From Aureliella sp. (GTDB lineage Bacteria; Planctomycetota; Planctomycetia; Pirellulales; Pirellulaceae): a DNA stretch of 64,000 bases. Numbering within the stretch: position 1 is the first letter of the stretch; every line of letters starts with the position of its first letter. Of the stretch, positions 32,127 to 43,204 are shown piece after piece. The notes beneath the pieces were generated by a model, which searched no databases, was not told the DNA's origin, and saw only the letters and a list, made by a program, of their open reading frames with translations. Position numbers and translations under genes: made by a program. The stretch is taken from assembly GCA_963691875.1 (NCBI GenBank), contig OY829846.1:640001-704000 (forward strand), in the 5' to 3' direction.

Positions 32127-33722
32127 ATGGAAACTCTGCGAAATCTCTGTACTCACACCTTTTCGCTGTTGCTTACTTTCTCGCTGGTGAACCCTGTCTG
32201 GGCTCAGACGCCTTGGGAGTCCGCTCCAGCCAAGCCAGCGCCACTTCCCAGCATTCGACCCGATGTTGTTTCATCGCTGCCACCACCGCCAGCGAAAACC
32301 AATCCGCAAGTTGCTCCTCCGCCTTACGGATCCTTGACGAACATCATTTCCAAAGAGGACGCGAGTACACCAACTCCGCCTCCAGCAAACCAACCGGGCG
32401 TCGGATCGCTCACAAATCTGCCTGGTATGGCTGATCCAGCTCAAGCTAGAGTCTCATTGCCGCCACCTCTCGGAGTCGCGGCGACAAAAAGCACGAATAA
32501 TCGCAATGTCAAGCAACCTTTACTGCCGTCTGGAGTAGGACGACAAATCCAATCAAGTAACGCATTTTCGTCGCTTGCCGTACCAACATTGGCAGCACTT
32601 CCGTCAATTGACCAGACGAACTCCGGAGACTCAGCCGCACCCCAAATCACATCGCAGAATAATCAAGCGGTTCGGCCGGCATCCGTCTCCGTTCCAACAC
32701 GCCCCAGTGCGTTTTCAAGCGGCATATTGGTTGCGGTAGTCGGAGACGAACACATTCTGGCAGGTGATCTCGCACAGTACGTAGAGCCAACCATTGAACA
32801 GAACCGGGATCGCATCCCAAACGAAGCGGCAGAGCAGAAAATACGCGAACAGATCATTCGACAAGTGCTTAAGCAGTTCATTCAAACGAAGGCAATGTAT
32901 CAGGAATTCTTCCATGATGCCGCCGGCACAGCGACTCCAAAGAAGCTTGCGGAAATGAAAGGCACCATCTTGCCACGTGCCGGCAAAATCTTCTTTCAGA
33001 AACAAGTGCCCGTAATGCAGGAAAAGTACAACGTCACCGACTTACAGGGCCTCGAAGAAAAGCTCCGCGAACGTTCGATGTCTCTCACAACAATGAAATC
33101 GATTTTCGTCGAACAGGTTTTGGCCGGTGAATTGGAACGTAAATATGTACCAGACACCTTCGAGGTCTCTCTGATGGAGCTAAGGGACCACTACGAAGAA
33201 CACAAGGCAGACTGGAACGAACCTGCCAAGGCGCGTTGGGAACAGCTTACCGTGCGATTCGACAAGCACAACAACAATCGTCGTGCCGTCGAAAAGCAAA
33301 TTCACGATCTGGGCAACGAGATCTTCCTCGGAGGAAAACAGTTCGAACAGGTAGCTAGGCAATCTTCGGAAGGCTACACGGCGAGCGAAGGCGGAAAGCA
33401 CGACTGGACAACTCAAGGTAGCTTGAAATCGAGACAACTCGACCAGCAACTCTTCTCCATTCCAACTGGGGAACTAAGCCAAGTAATCGCCGACGACATC
33501 GGCATGCACATCATCCGCGTTATTGAACGCACCCCGGCACGGGTGAAGCCGTTTACGGAAGCACAAGCGGAAATCCGCGAGACTATCTCGGGGCAGAAGA
33601 AACAAGAGGAACTCAAAAAGTTTCGCCAAAGAGTGATGAAGCGAACACCGGTTTGGTCTTTATGGCCAGAAGACTTGAAGGGCATCGCGGACCACGCTCG
33701 CCCACTTCAAGAAGCAACATAG
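32127..33722 (+). CDS. Parvulin/PpiC-type peptidyl-prolyl isomerase (SurA/PrsA-like) with Pro-rich N-terminus
   Basis: Signal peptide, FEQVARQSSEG, GELSQVIADDIGMHIIRV. Confidence 0.85.
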   Translation: METLRNLCTHTFSLLLTFSLVNPVWAQTPWESAPAKPAPLPSIRPDVVSSLPPPPAKTNPQVAPPPYGSLTNIISKEDASTPTPPPANQPGVGSLTNLPGMADPAQARVSLPPPLGVAATKSTNNRNVKQPLLPSGVGRQIQSSNAFSSLAVPTLAALPSIDQTNSGDSAAPQITSQNNQAVRPASVSVPTRPSAFSSGILVAVVGDEHILAGDLAQYVEPTIEQNRDRIPNEAAEQKIREQIIRQVLKQFIQTKAMYQEFFHDAAGTATPKKLAEMKGTILPRAGKIFFQKQVPVMQEKYNVTDLQGLEEKLRERSMSLTTMKSIFVEQVLAGELERKYVPDTFEVSLMELRDHYEEHKADWNEPAKARWEQLTVRFDKHNNNRRAVEKQIHDLGNEIFLGGKQFEQVARQSSEGYTASEGGKHDWTTQGSLKSRQLDQQLFSIPTGELSQVIADDIGMHIIRVIERTPARVKPFTEAQAEIRETISGQKKQEELKKFRQRVMKRTPVWSLWPEDLKGIADHARPLQEAT

Positions 33723-33799
33723 CAGCCCACTACTGACTTTACAAAACAACAAATTTCCAATCAGCGATTGGTGCACTATTTTTGACTCAGGGAAGAGAA

Positions 33800-34675
33800 A
33801 TGAAAAAGCATTTTTCAGTTGCAATGTTCGGATTGCTCGCTGTGAGCAATTCCATGTTCGTTGGTTGCGGCGGTGGCAAGGAATCCACTCCTCCTGTCGC
33901 CAGCTCTACTCCGGAAACAACTGAACCGGTCGCTAGTCCTTCGGCTACTAATGCGCCGCCTGCCGACGCAGCAGAAAATATGACAGTTGTGGCAGAAGGC
34001 GAGAACACGGAGCCTGCTCGTTCCGCGGCCATCTTCTTGGATAGTCTGCGAAGTGGGGATGAGGCTGCGGCCAACGGCCAGCTCACCGCACTGGCACGCG
34101 AGGAGCTGCAGAAGACGTCCTTCCAAATGCGACCATTAGGAACGCCTGAAGGCAAGTTCAAGATTGGCCGAGTGGTATTTCCTTACGCCGAGAAAACGGC
34201 CAGCTTGGTCGAGTGCATTTGGACGGAACCTGCAGTTGGTCAAGAGGCAGGAATCAACATGGAGATCGTCTGCGAAGTACACAAAGAGGCGGAAGGTTGG
34301 CGCATCGCTGCGATGACAGTGTCGACACCGGGTACCGACGACGCTCTTACTTTGGATTTTGAGAACGCCGCTGCGTTGCAAGCGGCTCTTGACGGTGCGA
34401 TCGGCGGAGAGTCTCCTGCCCCTCAAAGCAATCCCGCGGCAGCTGTACCGGCCCAGACGGTCTCAGGTGCAAATCAACTGCCTGCTGCAACGGCTCCACA
34501 AGCCGCTTCGGGCTCGATGCCCCAGTATCAGGTCCCTCCAGCAGGAACCGCTACACCTCCAGCAAACTATCCTGCTCTTCCACAACTGCCACCTGCTCAG
34601 CCGCAGGGGACAGCACCGCCAGCTAACACTGGCTCAGCGTTGCCGCCACTACCGCCCGTCGGTGGCAACGACTAA
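33800..34675 (+). CDS. Hypothetical lipoprotein with Pro/Ala-rich tail
   Basis: MKKHF signal peptide, FVGC lipobox. Confidence 0.8.
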   Translation: MKKHFSVAMFGLLAVSNSMFVGCGGGKESTPPVASSTPETTEPVASPSATNAPPADAAENMTVVAEGENTEPARSAAIFLDSLRSGDEAAANGQLTALAREELQKTSFQMRPLGTPEGKFKIGRVVFPYAEKTASLVECIWTEPAVGQEAGINMEIVCEVHKEAEGWRIAAMTVSTPGTDDALTLDFENAAALQAALDGAIGGESPAPQSNPAAAVPAQTVSGANQLPAATAPQAASGSMPQYQVPPAGTATPPANYPALPQLPPAQPQGTAPPANTGSALPPLPPVGGND

Positions 34676-34705
34676 GGCGACGCAGTAAACACGAATCGAT
34701 CATGG

Positions 34706-34742
34706 ACGCCTGCAGCAAAATATGTTGCAGGCGTTTTTCTTT
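34706..34742 (+). terminator. Rho-independent terminator
   Basis: ACGCCTGCAGCA-AAATA-TGTTGCAGGCGT followed by TTTTCTT. Confidence 0.85.
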
Positions 34743-34789
34743 CCGCGCGGTGGTTCTATTCCGCTTGGCCGACTGAAACGACTGACCAC

Positions 34790-35641
34790 ATGAAGAATCA
34801 ATTTGAGAGCACTAAAGAACTCACCATCGCGACCAACGCAACAGTGCTTACGATTGCTGGATCGGATCCAAGCGGTGGCGCCGGGTTGCAGGCTGACTTG
34901 AAGACCTTTCAGCAGCTCGGCTGCTATGGCATGTCGGTTGTCACTCTACTTACCGTACAGAACACGCAGGGGGTGCACGCCATCGAAGTAATGCCGGTGG
35001 ATTTCGTGAGGGCGCAGCTCGAGAAGGTTATCTCCGATATACCGCCTCGTGCAATCAAGACCGGCGCCTTGGGAAACGCTGACGTGATTTGCAACTTGGC
35101 CGCTGAGCTAAGAAATACGCCATGCCCTTTGGTCGTCGATCCTGTGCTGGTGAGTAAGCATGGACACTCTTTGGGCGACGAAGCAACAGTAGAGGCATAC
35201 CGTGACGAGCTCGTTCCGATCGCGAATATCCTGACGCCGAACCGCTTTGAGGCAGAAGCTTTGCTTCAACGCAGGTGCAAATCGCTTCAAGACCTAGCTA
35301 ATGCTGCAGCCGCACTTCAAGCTCAAGGGCCGGACCTAGTGCTTCTTAAGGCGGGCGAGGTGGACGGCGAACACCATCACATGATCGCAACCGGAGGCGG
35401 AGAGGTTGTTGGACTTTCTCTCGAATCGCTTTACACAAAGAATAGCCACGGGGCCGGCTGTATCTTGTCCGCATTGCTCGCAGGCTATCTTACACTCCAT
35501 CTGCACGGAACGCTTGATTCAGAAATCCTGCACGCTGCCGTCAACTTTGCGGTGCCAGTCGTCCACCATGGACTGGAATATGCACCTAACCTTGGTCATG
35601 GCATTGGCCCCGTCGAAACGCGTGTCATCACAATAGACTGA
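34790..35641 (+). CDS. thiD: Hydroxymethylpyrimidine/phosphomethylpyrimidine kinase
   Basis: LTIAGSDPSGGAGLQADLKTF, TVQNT, IKTG, VVDPV, TPNRFEA, HGAGC. Confidence 0.95.
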   Translation: MKNQFESTKELTIATNATVLTIAGSDPSGGAGLQADLKTFQQLGCYGMSVVTLLTVQNTQGVHAIEVMPVDFVRAQLEKVISDIPPRAIKTGALGNADVICNLAAELRNTPCPLVVDPVLVSKHGHSLGDEATVEAYRDELVPIANILTPNRFEAEALLQRRCKSLQDLANAAAALQAQGPDLVLLKAGEVDGEHHHMIATGGGEVVGLSLESLYTKNSHGAGCILSALLAGYLTLHLHGTLDSEILHAAVNFAVPVVHHGLEYAPNLGHGIGPVETRVITID

Positions 35642-35674
35642 CGAGAGGCGAAGAGTTCAGACTAAAAAGAGTAG

Positions 35675-36166
35675 CTATTCAAATTTACGTTGAAAAATCT
35701 GACTTGCGATGAAAGCCTGCTGAATACTGTTAGGTGATCGCAGCATTTCCACAATGGGATTTCCCATCGCTTTCTTGGCTGGTGCCTTGCCGTCGAGTGC
35801 GTTTGACGCTTTGCGGATTTTGACGATTTCATGGTCCATCACATCATGGATATGGCTGGACATCCGCTCGTCAGCGTGGCTAATCCTTTGAGCCAACTCT
35901 GGGCGATGAGAAACCGCCGGGTCCAGATGCCGAGTATCGATGTCGCTAATCGGATCGGGTCCTGCAAGGTCGGCATCGATAAGTTCAGCTTCGATGACCT
36001 CAGCCTCAATGGGCGCCCGTTCTGCCCGACGCACGTTTTTTGGAGGCCGAGCCTGAGAAGGTTGCTGAGTATTACGCTTCGGCGGAGGAGTGTTCAGCCC
36101 CTTCTTGACTTTCTCAGCAAGTCGTTCAGCAGCCTGTTGCAGGAACTTCTCAAGGTCTTTTACCAT
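35675..36166 (-). CDS. Hypothetical protein downstream of floA
   Basis: Co-oriented after floA, C-terminal SIQQAFIASQIF motif. Confidence 0.75.
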   Translation of the reverse strand: MVKDLEKFLQQAAERLAEKVKKGLNTPPPKRNTQQPSQARPPKNVRRAERAPIEAEVIEAELIDADLAGPDPISDIDTRHLDPAVSHRPELAQRISHADERMSSHIHDVMDHEIVKIRKASNALDGKAPAKKAMGNPIVEMLRSPNSIQQAFIASQIFQRKFE

Positions 36167-36217
36167 TGAACATGCCTCGTAAAGTTTTTTAAGCCGCGGT
36201 TTGCTGCCGACTTGAGA

Positions 36218-37315
36218 CTAACTAGCATTCGCTGGGGTAGAAGGCTGTTGATCGCGTCCCCCTACGTCAGCAATACTCGCTCGCATCTTGGTATCGGCGT
36301 CAACATTCTTCAACTTGTAGTAATCCATGACATTCAAAGTTCCGCTAGCAAAGGCCGCAGCCATCGCCTTAGGCACATCGGCTTCTGCTTCAACAAGCGA
36401 AGCACGACTCATTTCAATCTTGGCTTGCATTTCCTGCTCCGTAGCCACGGCAGCAGCCCGCTTTCCCTCGGCTTTCGCTCTCGCGACTCGCATATCGGCT
36501 TCAGCTCGATCCGCCTGCAATCTCGCTCCGATATTCTCACCAACGTCGATGTCGGCAATATCGATCGACACGATTTCGAATGCGGTTTGAGCGTCGAGGC
36601 GTTTTGCGAGTACAGCTTTCGAGATCATGTCAGGGTTTTCCAAGACGACCTTATGGTCCTCGGCGGAACCGATTGCAGACACGATTCCTTCCCCGACACG
36701 AGCGATGATCGTTTCTTCCGTAGCACCACCAATTAGCTGTTCGATATTTGCACGCACTGTGACTCGAGCTTTTACCTTTAGCTGAATACCGTCGCGAGCA
36801 ACCGCGTCCAAGGAGATCCTCGCAGCGCCCTTGGGAGGACAGTCAATTACTTTGGGGTAAACACTCGTTTGTACGGCCTCAAGCACATCTCGTCCAGCGA
36901 GATCGATTGCAGCGGCTTCGCTAAAGCCGAGAGTGATCATCTTTGATTTGCGTGCGGCCACCAAAGCACGAATTACTTGCGGGACATTTCCCCCTGCAAG
37001 ATAGTGTGCTTCAAGATCGGTACCGGTAATCTCGTCATTGGTCAGCCCTGCTTGGACCGCCATAATTTTGGACCGAACAATCGTCCGTGCGTCAATCCGA
37101 CGAAACCACATCCCGATCAAATCCGCGAACCCGATGCCCGCTCGTGTTGTAACCGACTGAGCCCAAAGCCAGAAGAAGCTTGCGAGGACCGCGAACAGAC
37201 CAATCATGACGATAACCATGACTATGGCACCGACCAGCATAAGGATGTTGGTAAGATCGCCGTTTTGGCCTAGGGGTATCAAACTGGAGATTGCTTGCAG
37301 TTTCACGTTCCACAT
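36218..37315 (-). CDS. floA: Flotillin-like protein FloA (YqfA family)
   Basis: [53 protein letters not shown]. Confidence 0.93.
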   Translation of the reverse strand: MWNVKLQAISSLIPLGQNGDLTNILMLVGAIVMVIVMIGLFAVLASFFWLWAQSVTTRAGIGFADLIGMWFRRIDARTIVRSKIMAVQAGLTNDEITGTDLEAHYLAGGNVPQVIRALVAARKSKMITLGFSEAAAIDLAGRDVLEAVQTSVYPKVIDCPPKGAARISLDAVARDGIQLKVKARVTVRANIEQLIGGATEETIIARVGEGIVSAIGSAEDHKVVLENPDMISKAVLAKRLDAQTAFEIVSIDIADIDVGENIGARLQADRAEADMRVARAKAEGKRAAAVATEQEMQAKIEMSRASLVEAEADVPKAMAAAFASGTLNVMDYYKLKNVDADTKMRASIADVGGRDQQPSTPANAS

Positions 37316-37570
37316 CCTTTGGGAGTCTGCTGGAGGACATCAGGGTGCTCGCGTATTTCGCCGAACCGAAGGCGGCCAAGGCATCTCTTGATGGATTCCC
37401 TTGCCGAGCTAGGATCCGTGCACAATCAGCTCGTGCGAGTGTAACCCATATCTTACCAGCTGAGATCTGGCAGTGAAACAATAGGGGAAAGCATCCTCAG
37501 AGCGAATTGCAGTTCATACTGGCGACATGAGCCAAACGAGCTGTTGCCGGGTTGATTCTATCGGGCACTT

Positions 37571-37596
37571 GTCGCGGAAGTCCTAAAGACTTTCGG
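37571..37596. repeat. Half copy of the REP-like family at 10674-10732
   Basis: CGGAAGTCCTAAAGACTTTCGG matches the reverse complement of the right arm near 10712-10732 at 19 of 22 positions. Confidence 0.6.
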
Positions 37597-37700
37597 TACC
37601 TGAGACGCCTTAAGCGTGGGTTTCTGAGGATCATGCATCAGCTCTTGACTAGCTTAAAAACGCGACTTTGTGGTCCGAACAAACGCAAAACTGGCTAACG

Positions 37701-38180
37701 CTACAGCCAGTCAGAAAGCACCTCGTGCACTTCGGCCCCTTCCATGTGTTCGTGTGCAAGTAATTCATCAACCAGAGATGCGAGTCCCTGCCAGACGTCG
37801 TTCCTTGCGAGAAAATGGTATACCTCCCGCGTCGTTTTCTCGAGAAGCCGAAGTCGCATTTGCTCGTCTACCGCGATTTCCGCGGCGAGTGACCAGGCCT
37901 TTGTCCAGTCGAGACTCCATTCTTGGACGAAAGCTGGATGATAGGGCTCGCCTGTGTGAATCATCTCCGCAGCGGGACCAGCAAGACTGACTTGGATACT
38001 TGCTTCGATTAGCATTCGATCCGTCAATTTGCCTGCCGGCCATTCCACCTCGATCTCACCATCGTGTCTCAGAGCGTCGTCGTCCCACTCGGGGTCGATG
38101 GTCACGAACTGCACATGAGCTCCGCAAAGATACGCCATCACTGCGTGCCCAGCCTCATGATAGGCACATACTTCGCTCAT
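37701..38180 (-). CDS. Stand-alone M41/FtsH-like zinc peptidase domain protein
   Basis: AYHEAGHAV, SLAGPAAE, LVDELLAHEHMEG. Confidence 0.85.
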   Translation of the reverse strand: MSEVCAYHEAGHAVMAYLCGAHVQFVTIDPEWDDDALRHDGEIEVEWPAGKLTDRMLIEASIQVSLAGPAAEMIHTGEPYHPAFVQEWSLDWTKAWSLAAEIAVDEQMRLRLLEKTTREVYHFLARNDVWQGLASLVDELLAHEHMEGAEVHEVLSDWL

Positions 38181-38244
38181 AACCTGCAGCCCTTGAAAGA
38201 GCGAATCGAACTCAGCGGCTCATAATGCGATGGAATCCGAGGAA

Positions 38245-38607
38245 TCACTCGGCGGCTTCGCCTTTCGGTTTGACCAGGCAATGGAATCCCACGCAAATTT
38301 CCTCATCTTCGCGTTCCGTGGCAGCGCCCTGGAGCATCGCGTTGATGTGCGCAGTCTGCTGGGGATTGAGTGCGGCTGAGACGATGTGCTGCTTTCCGTT
38401 GGCACCGGTTACCACCGTGGTAAGAACAGCCATGGTGTTAGGATGCTGCAAGGCAGAAAGCACATGTTCGCCCATTTGAGTAACGGGATTCTTAATCTCT
38501 GTCACAAAGCGGGCCATTTGCTCTCGGGACAGATTCGTTGCATTGCCTTCGGCTGGCGCGGAACCCTCTGGTGATTGGTTGCCTGATTTAGGATTGGTTT
38601 CGTTCAT
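38245..38607 (-). CDS. Hypothetical protein
   Basis: 120 aa ORF, ATG start, protein-like composition. Confidence 0.75.
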   Translation of the reverse strand: MNETNPKSGNQSPEGSAPAEGNATNLSREQMARFVTEIKNPVTQMGEHVLSALQHPNTMAVLTTVVTGANGKQHIVSAALNPQQTAHINAMLQGAATEREDEEICVGFHCLVKPKGEAAE

Positions 38608-38727
38608 GACACGTTCGTGAAGATGTAGTGTTTCAAAGACGAGCCTAGCATTGTAACGGCATTTCCCAGATGAAGCGTCCTCTGGTTTCGCAACGCCAGA
38701 GCTGATCAGGATTTGAAGCTGCGAAAA

Positions 38728-38791
38728 AAGGTAACCCGAAGTGTGAGCGAGGGGCAGCGAAGAATCGCTCGCTTACGCGGTGGGTTACCTT
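38728..38791. repeat. Planctomycete REP-type imperfect palindrome
   Basis: AAGGTAACCCGAAGTGTGAGCGAG ... CTCGCTTACGCGGTGGGTTACCTT. Confidence 0.8.
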
Positions 38792-38899
38792 CAATTAGGG
38801 GCTTGCGCTAGCTGGAGCTCTGACAACCCTGTTCGCAACGCTTCGTGATATACTTTGATCCAATCAGATAGCTACGAGCCATAACTACAATGAGACAGG

Positions 38900-40084
38900 A
38901 TGATCCAACCAGTGAACGCACTTAATCCATCCGAGCGAGTATTAATGGGCCCAGGGCCGAGCGATGTTTCGGCTCGCGTCCTCAAAGCATTGTCAGCGCC
39001 TACGGTCGGACACTTGGACCCCGAGTATCTTCAGATCATGGATGAAACGCGCAGCTTGATGAGGCAAGTGTTTCAGACCAAGAACGAAATGACGCTTGCG
39101 ATTTCTGGAACGGGTTCGGCCGGCATGGAAGCCTGTGTTTGTAACCTAGTTGAGCCAGGTGATGAGATGTTGGCCTGCGTCAACGGAGTCTTTGGCGGCC
39201 GGATGAAAGATGTCGCCGACCGTTATGGTGCTACGGTCCATTCTATCGAAACCGACTGGGGCAAAGTTTTCGAACCTGAGCAGATTGCTGATACTTTGAA
39301 GGCCAATCCATCCATCAAGATAGTCGGAATCGTGCACGCAGAGACCAGCACAGGAGCTCAGCAGCCACTTGAGGATATAGCTCGAATCACTCACAACCAT
39401 GGTGCCCTCCTGATCGTTGATGCCGTCACGAGTCTTGGCGGCATCAACATACCTGTGGACTCGCTGGGAATCGACGCTTGCTATAGCGGAACCCAAAAGT
39501 GTTTAAGCTGTCCGCCTGGCTTGGCACCCGTCACTTTCTCCGAGCGAGCCTTGGAGAAGATTGACCAAAGACAGAGCAAAGTAACGAGTTGGTATCTGGA
39601 CGTGACGATGCTTCGAAATTATTGGGGAACCGATAGAGTCTATCACCACACGGCTCCCATCAACATGACCTATGCTTTGCGAGAAGCACTTCAAATCATC
39701 GTAGAAGAAGGCCTGCCGTCTCGTTTTGCTCGCCACGAACAAAACCACAGAATGTTAAGAGCAGGACTAGAAGCTATGGGCTTGCGTTACATCCCGGAGC
39801 ATTCGCTTGCGACACTCAACGCGGTTCACGTTCCCGATGGCGTCGACGATGCAATGGTCAGGAAGACCCTACTGTCAGACCATGGAATCGAGATTGGTGC
39901 TGGGCTCGGCCCTTTCAAGGGTCAGGCGTGGCGTATCGGATTGATGGGCACAAGCAGTACGGTGAGGAACGTCACTCTGATCCTCAGCGCTCTCGAGAGC
40001 CTCCTTCGACAGCAGGGCTATGAGCTAAAGCCGGGGGCTGCACTTGCTGCGGCAACTGAAACCGGAAAACTCTCTGTCGCTTGA
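38900..40084 (+). CDS. Alanine/serine-glyoxylate aminotransferase (class V PLP)
   Basis: [46 protein letters not shown]. Confidence 0.93.
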   Translation: MIQPVNALNPSERVLMGPGPSDVSARVLKALSAPTVGHLDPEYLQIMDETRSLMRQVFQTKNEMTLAISGTGSAGMEACVCNLVEPGDEMLACVNGVFGGRMKDVADRYGATVHSIETDWGKVFEPEQIADTLKANPSIKIVGIVHAETSTGAQQPLEDIARITHNHGALLIVDAVTSLGGINIPVDSLGIDACYSGTQKCLSCPPGLAPVTFSERALEKIDQRQSKVTSWYLDVTMLRNYWGTDRVYHHTAPINMTYALREALQIIVEEGLPSRFARHEQNHRMLRAGLEAMGLRYIPEHSLATLNAVHVPDGVDDAMVRKTLLSDHGIEIGAGLGPFKGQAWRIGLMGTSSTVRNVTLILSALESLLRQQGYELKPGAALAAATETGKLSVA

Positions 40085-41541
40085 TGGACGCTCTTGTGAA
40101 CAACCTCCAACTAGAACAGCTCCGAGCACTGCTGCCCTCCGGTCGAGTCACCGACTCCTCTCCAGCCTTAGCTGCCTTTCAAAGTGATGGACTGACCGCG
40201 TTCGCGGTCAAGCCGAGCGCGGTCGTGGTGCCTCAAACCAAGAAAGAGGTAATTCAAACCGTTCGCTGGTGCCACGAACGGAATATTCCTTTTGTAGCTA
40301 GAGGTAGTGGGACGAGTCTTTCCGGTGGTTCGCTTCCGCATGCCGACGGCGTCGTTATCACCCTGAATCGACTGAACAAAATCAAGCATCTGGACCTTGA
40401 AAACCGGATTGCCGTCGTTGAGCCAGGCGTCATCAACTCGAAGGTAACTGCTGCAGTTTCGCATTCAAATCTCTACTATGCGCCGGACCCGAGCAGTCAA
40501 CAAGTCTGTACCATCGGCGGCAACATCGCCTTCAATTCTGGTGGAGCACACTGCCTCAAGTACGGCATGACTAGCAACCATGTTCTGGGTATGGAATTCG
40601 TCTTGCCAGATGGAACACTGATGAACGTCGGCGGCGATGGCGGGCAGTGCACAGGCCCAGATTTGACCGGAGTTTTGGTCGGGAGCGAGGGGCTCCTCGG
40701 AATTGCGACAGAAATCACCGTCAAACTCCTACCTAAACCCGAGAGCTTCCATACGGTCCTTGCCGGATATACGACGCTCCAGGACGCGGGCGCTGCTGTT
40801 GCAACCATCATTGGAAGCGGACTTCTTCCGGCTGCGATTGAGATCATGGACCGCTTGAGCATGCAGGCGGCAAATTCTGCAGTTGGTGCTGAGTATCCGT
40901 CCAACGTCGAGGCAGTGCTGATAGTCGAGCTGGATGGGAGCAAAGACGAGGTGAGCCACGAACGGAAGCTGCTTGACGATCTGCTGAAACAAAGCGGTGC
41001 TACCGCCGTGCACGTAGCCCAAAATCCGGAAGAACGCCTCACCATTTGGAAAGGTCGCAAGAGTGTCTTTTCAGCCGTCGGGCATCTGAGTCCAGACTTT
41101 ATCGTTCAGGACGGCGTGGTGCCGAGAAGCAGGCTAGGCTATGCACTGCAGAAGATCCAACAACTCAGCAGCGAGTACAAAATCGAAGTAGCGAACGTGT
41201 TTCATGCCGGTGATGGGAATTTGCATCCGCTCATCATGTTCGACGGTCGAAGAGAAGGCGAGCTGCATCGGGCCGAAGAGCTGGCGGCGAAGATCGTGCA
41301 GCTATGCGTCGACTTAGGCGGATCCATTACTGGCGAACATGGTGTTGGAATGGAGAAACGCCAGTTCCTCTCTGGAATGTTTTCCGACGAGTCGATCGAA
41401 TGCATGCGTCGCCTTCGAAATGCGTTCGATCCTCACGAAGTGGCCAATCGAGGCAAAATGTTCCCGGACTCCGAAGCCCCTTCCTTGAGCATGTATGGCT
41501 TGCATCCTCTCGAAAAGGCCGGTGTGGCTCAGCGGATGTAG
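40081..41541 (+). CDS. glcD: Glycolate oxidase FAD-linked subunit GlcD-like
   Basis: [52 protein letters not shown]. Confidence 0.85.
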   Translation: MMDALVNNLQLEQLRALLPSGRVTDSSPALAAFQSDGLTAFAVKPSAVVVPQTKKEVIQTVRWCHERNIPFVARGSGTSLSGGSLPHADGVVITLNRLNKIKHLDLENRIAVVEPGVINSKVTAAVSHSNLYYAPDPSSQQVCTIGGNIAFNSGGAHCLKYGMTSNHVLGMEFVLPDGTLMNVGGDGGQCTGPDLTGVLVGSEGLLGIATEITVKLLPKPESFHTVLAGYTTLQDAGAAVATIIGSGLLPAAIEIMDRLSMQAANSAVGAEYPSNVEAVLIVELDGSKDEVSHERKLLDDLLKQSGATAVHVAQNPEERLTIWKGRKSVFSAVGHLSPDFIVQDGVVPRSRLGYALQKIQQLSSEYKIEVANVFHAGDGNLHPLIMFDGRREGELHRAEELAAKIVQLCVDLGGSITGEHGVGMEKRQFLSGMFSDESIECMRRLRNAFDPHEVANRGKMFPDSEAPSLSMYGLHPLEKAGVAQRM

Positions 41542-41583
41542 CTGAATAGAGAGTAACATAATCGCAAAGAATCGATCATAGTA

Positions 41584-42510
41584 ATGCCTCTACACCCCAC
41601 GTCAGTTGCCTTCTTGGAAGCCATCGAAGAACTTGGCGGTCCTAGCTGGCCCGAGCTCCCGCCAACCCGGAGTCGCGAGATCTTTGAGAGCTATCGCGAT
41701 CGCTTCGGCTTTAAAGTTGAGATGCATCAAGTCGACGAGTTGGCGACCGATTCGGGGATTCCCCTACGACTCTATCGCCCCACTGCCGAAGCGAAGTCCG
41801 CCGTACTCTATTTTCATGGCGGCGGCTGGGTGATCGGGAATCTCAACACGCACGACGCCCTTTGCAGGCAACTTGCGCATGACTCAGAGTCTATCGTCAT
41901 TGCAGTTGACTATCGTCTGGCTCCAGAGAATCCGTACCCAGCGGCGATCGACGATGTTGTCGACTCATTTCGCTTTTGCTCCGCCAATGCAGGTAATCTT
42001 GGAATCGACGACAAACGTCTCGCAGTTGCTGGCGACAGCGCGGGTGGAAATTTGGCTGCAGCCATTTGTTTAAGAGCACGAGATGCAGACTGGCAGGAAA
42101 CAATCGCCGCACAAGTCCTCATCTACCCAGTCATCGCGCGAGACATGGCGACACCCAGCTACCAAGACTACGCCGAAGGACATCTACTGACGCGAGACAC
42201 TATGCTGTGGTTCTGGCAGCAGTATTTGGGGACGACCGACATCGAACAAGCCAATTGCCCCTATGCAGACCTTCGTGGCCATGACTTGAAGAACCTACCT
42301 CCCGCTTTTATTGCAACGGCAGAATACGACGTACTGCGAAGCGAAGGGCAGCAGTATGCGGCGAGACTAAGGCAAGCCGGAGTGCCTACCGAAGCTCGCT
42401 GTTACGATGGCATGTTGCATGCATTCATTCACAACAGCCGGGTATTTGAAGATGGCTTGCGTGCCTCGCGTGAAATCGGTCAATGGCTGCAACAGGCTCT
42501 TTCATCATAG
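41584..42510 (+). CDS. HSL-family esterase/lipase
   Basis: HGGGW, DYRLAPE, GDSAGGNL, EYDVL, HAF. Confidence 0.93.
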   Translation: MPLHPTSVAFLEAIEELGGPSWPELPPTRSREIFESYRDRFGFKVEMHQVDELATDSGIPLRLYRPTAEAKSAVLYFHGGGWVIGNLNTHDALCRQLAHDSESIVIAVDYRLAPENPYPAAIDDVVDSFRFCSANAGNLGIDDKRLAVAGDSAGGNLAAAICLRARDADWQETIAAQVLIYPVIARDMATPSYQDYAEGHLLTRDTMLWFWQQYLGTTDIEQANCPYADLRGHDLKNLPPAFIATAEYDVLRSEGQQYAARLRQAGVPTEARCYDGMLHAFIHNSRVFEDGLRASREIGQWLQQALSS

Positions 42511-43082
42511 AGCATGTCGGAACGTCTTAGGTCGAAATAACGTTCTTAGAACAGTAGTCGATCATCGGAATCCTCGCGCTTGCAAATCTGATCGCGATCG
42601 AATTCCGTAACCGTGTGATGTTGAATCTCGGCATCTCTATCTCTGTGATCGCGGCGATCGGGACCGGAAACAGAGTGTACTCGCTGTAACCCAATCCGAA
42701 ACACGCTCGTGCGTTCTGATTTAGCCACACTTGATGTGTGCTTTGCAGTGCTCGTCTGATGCTTGTTGAACTTAATGATCGTAGCAGCAACGCTGCTAAT
42801 CGTTGCAGTACCGAAAAATTTTCATCGTTAACACCGCGAACAACTCAGATCGCAACAAAACCAACTTATTACGGCAACGCCGGTCGGGTTACAGTGCGTC
42901 TCCATTCTCGATTTATATGTAAGTAATTCCGGTTTGTCGGTTGTGCAGGCCGTTCAAAGGCAACTGTGTGGAAAATGGAGAAGGCGTACAGCACACCCGC
43001 TCAAAACTCAGGCTATGTTTCTTCTTAGCTTGGCCGTTCGCCAAGCTTGTTCAGCGTTTCAGCAAAAACCCAGCCAGCAAGG

Positions 43083-43166
43083 TTCTCGGGAAAAAGGCGA
43101 AGTGATCGCGGGGTCATGGCGCAAAGTGGAGGGTCCCACGTGGACTGCCTCGCTGCCGCACGGGAA
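43083..43166 (+). ncRNA. c-di-GMP-I (GEMM-I) riboswitch aptamer
   Basis: AAAGGCGAA-GTGATC-GCGG-GGTCAT-GG-CGCAAAG-TGGAGG-GTCC-CACGT-GGAC-TGCCTCGCTGCC follows the GGCAAA..GACGCAAAG..GGTC..GAYAGC..TRCC consensus; possible P1 TTCTCG/CGGGAA. Confidence 0.8.
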
Positions 43167-43167
43167 A

Positions 43168-43193
43168 GCAGAACAGGTCAGAAGTTCTGTTTT
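43168..43193 (+). terminator. Expression-platform hairpin after the riboswitch
   Basis: GCAGAAC-AGGTCAGAA-GTTCTGT-TTT directly before the GGAGG RBS. Confidence 0.55.
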
Positions 43194-43204
43194 GGAGGTA
43201 GCCC

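Noticed and set aside
34676..34790. TPP riboswitch before thiD
   Set aside because: No CTGAGA..CCTGA core; only a terminator
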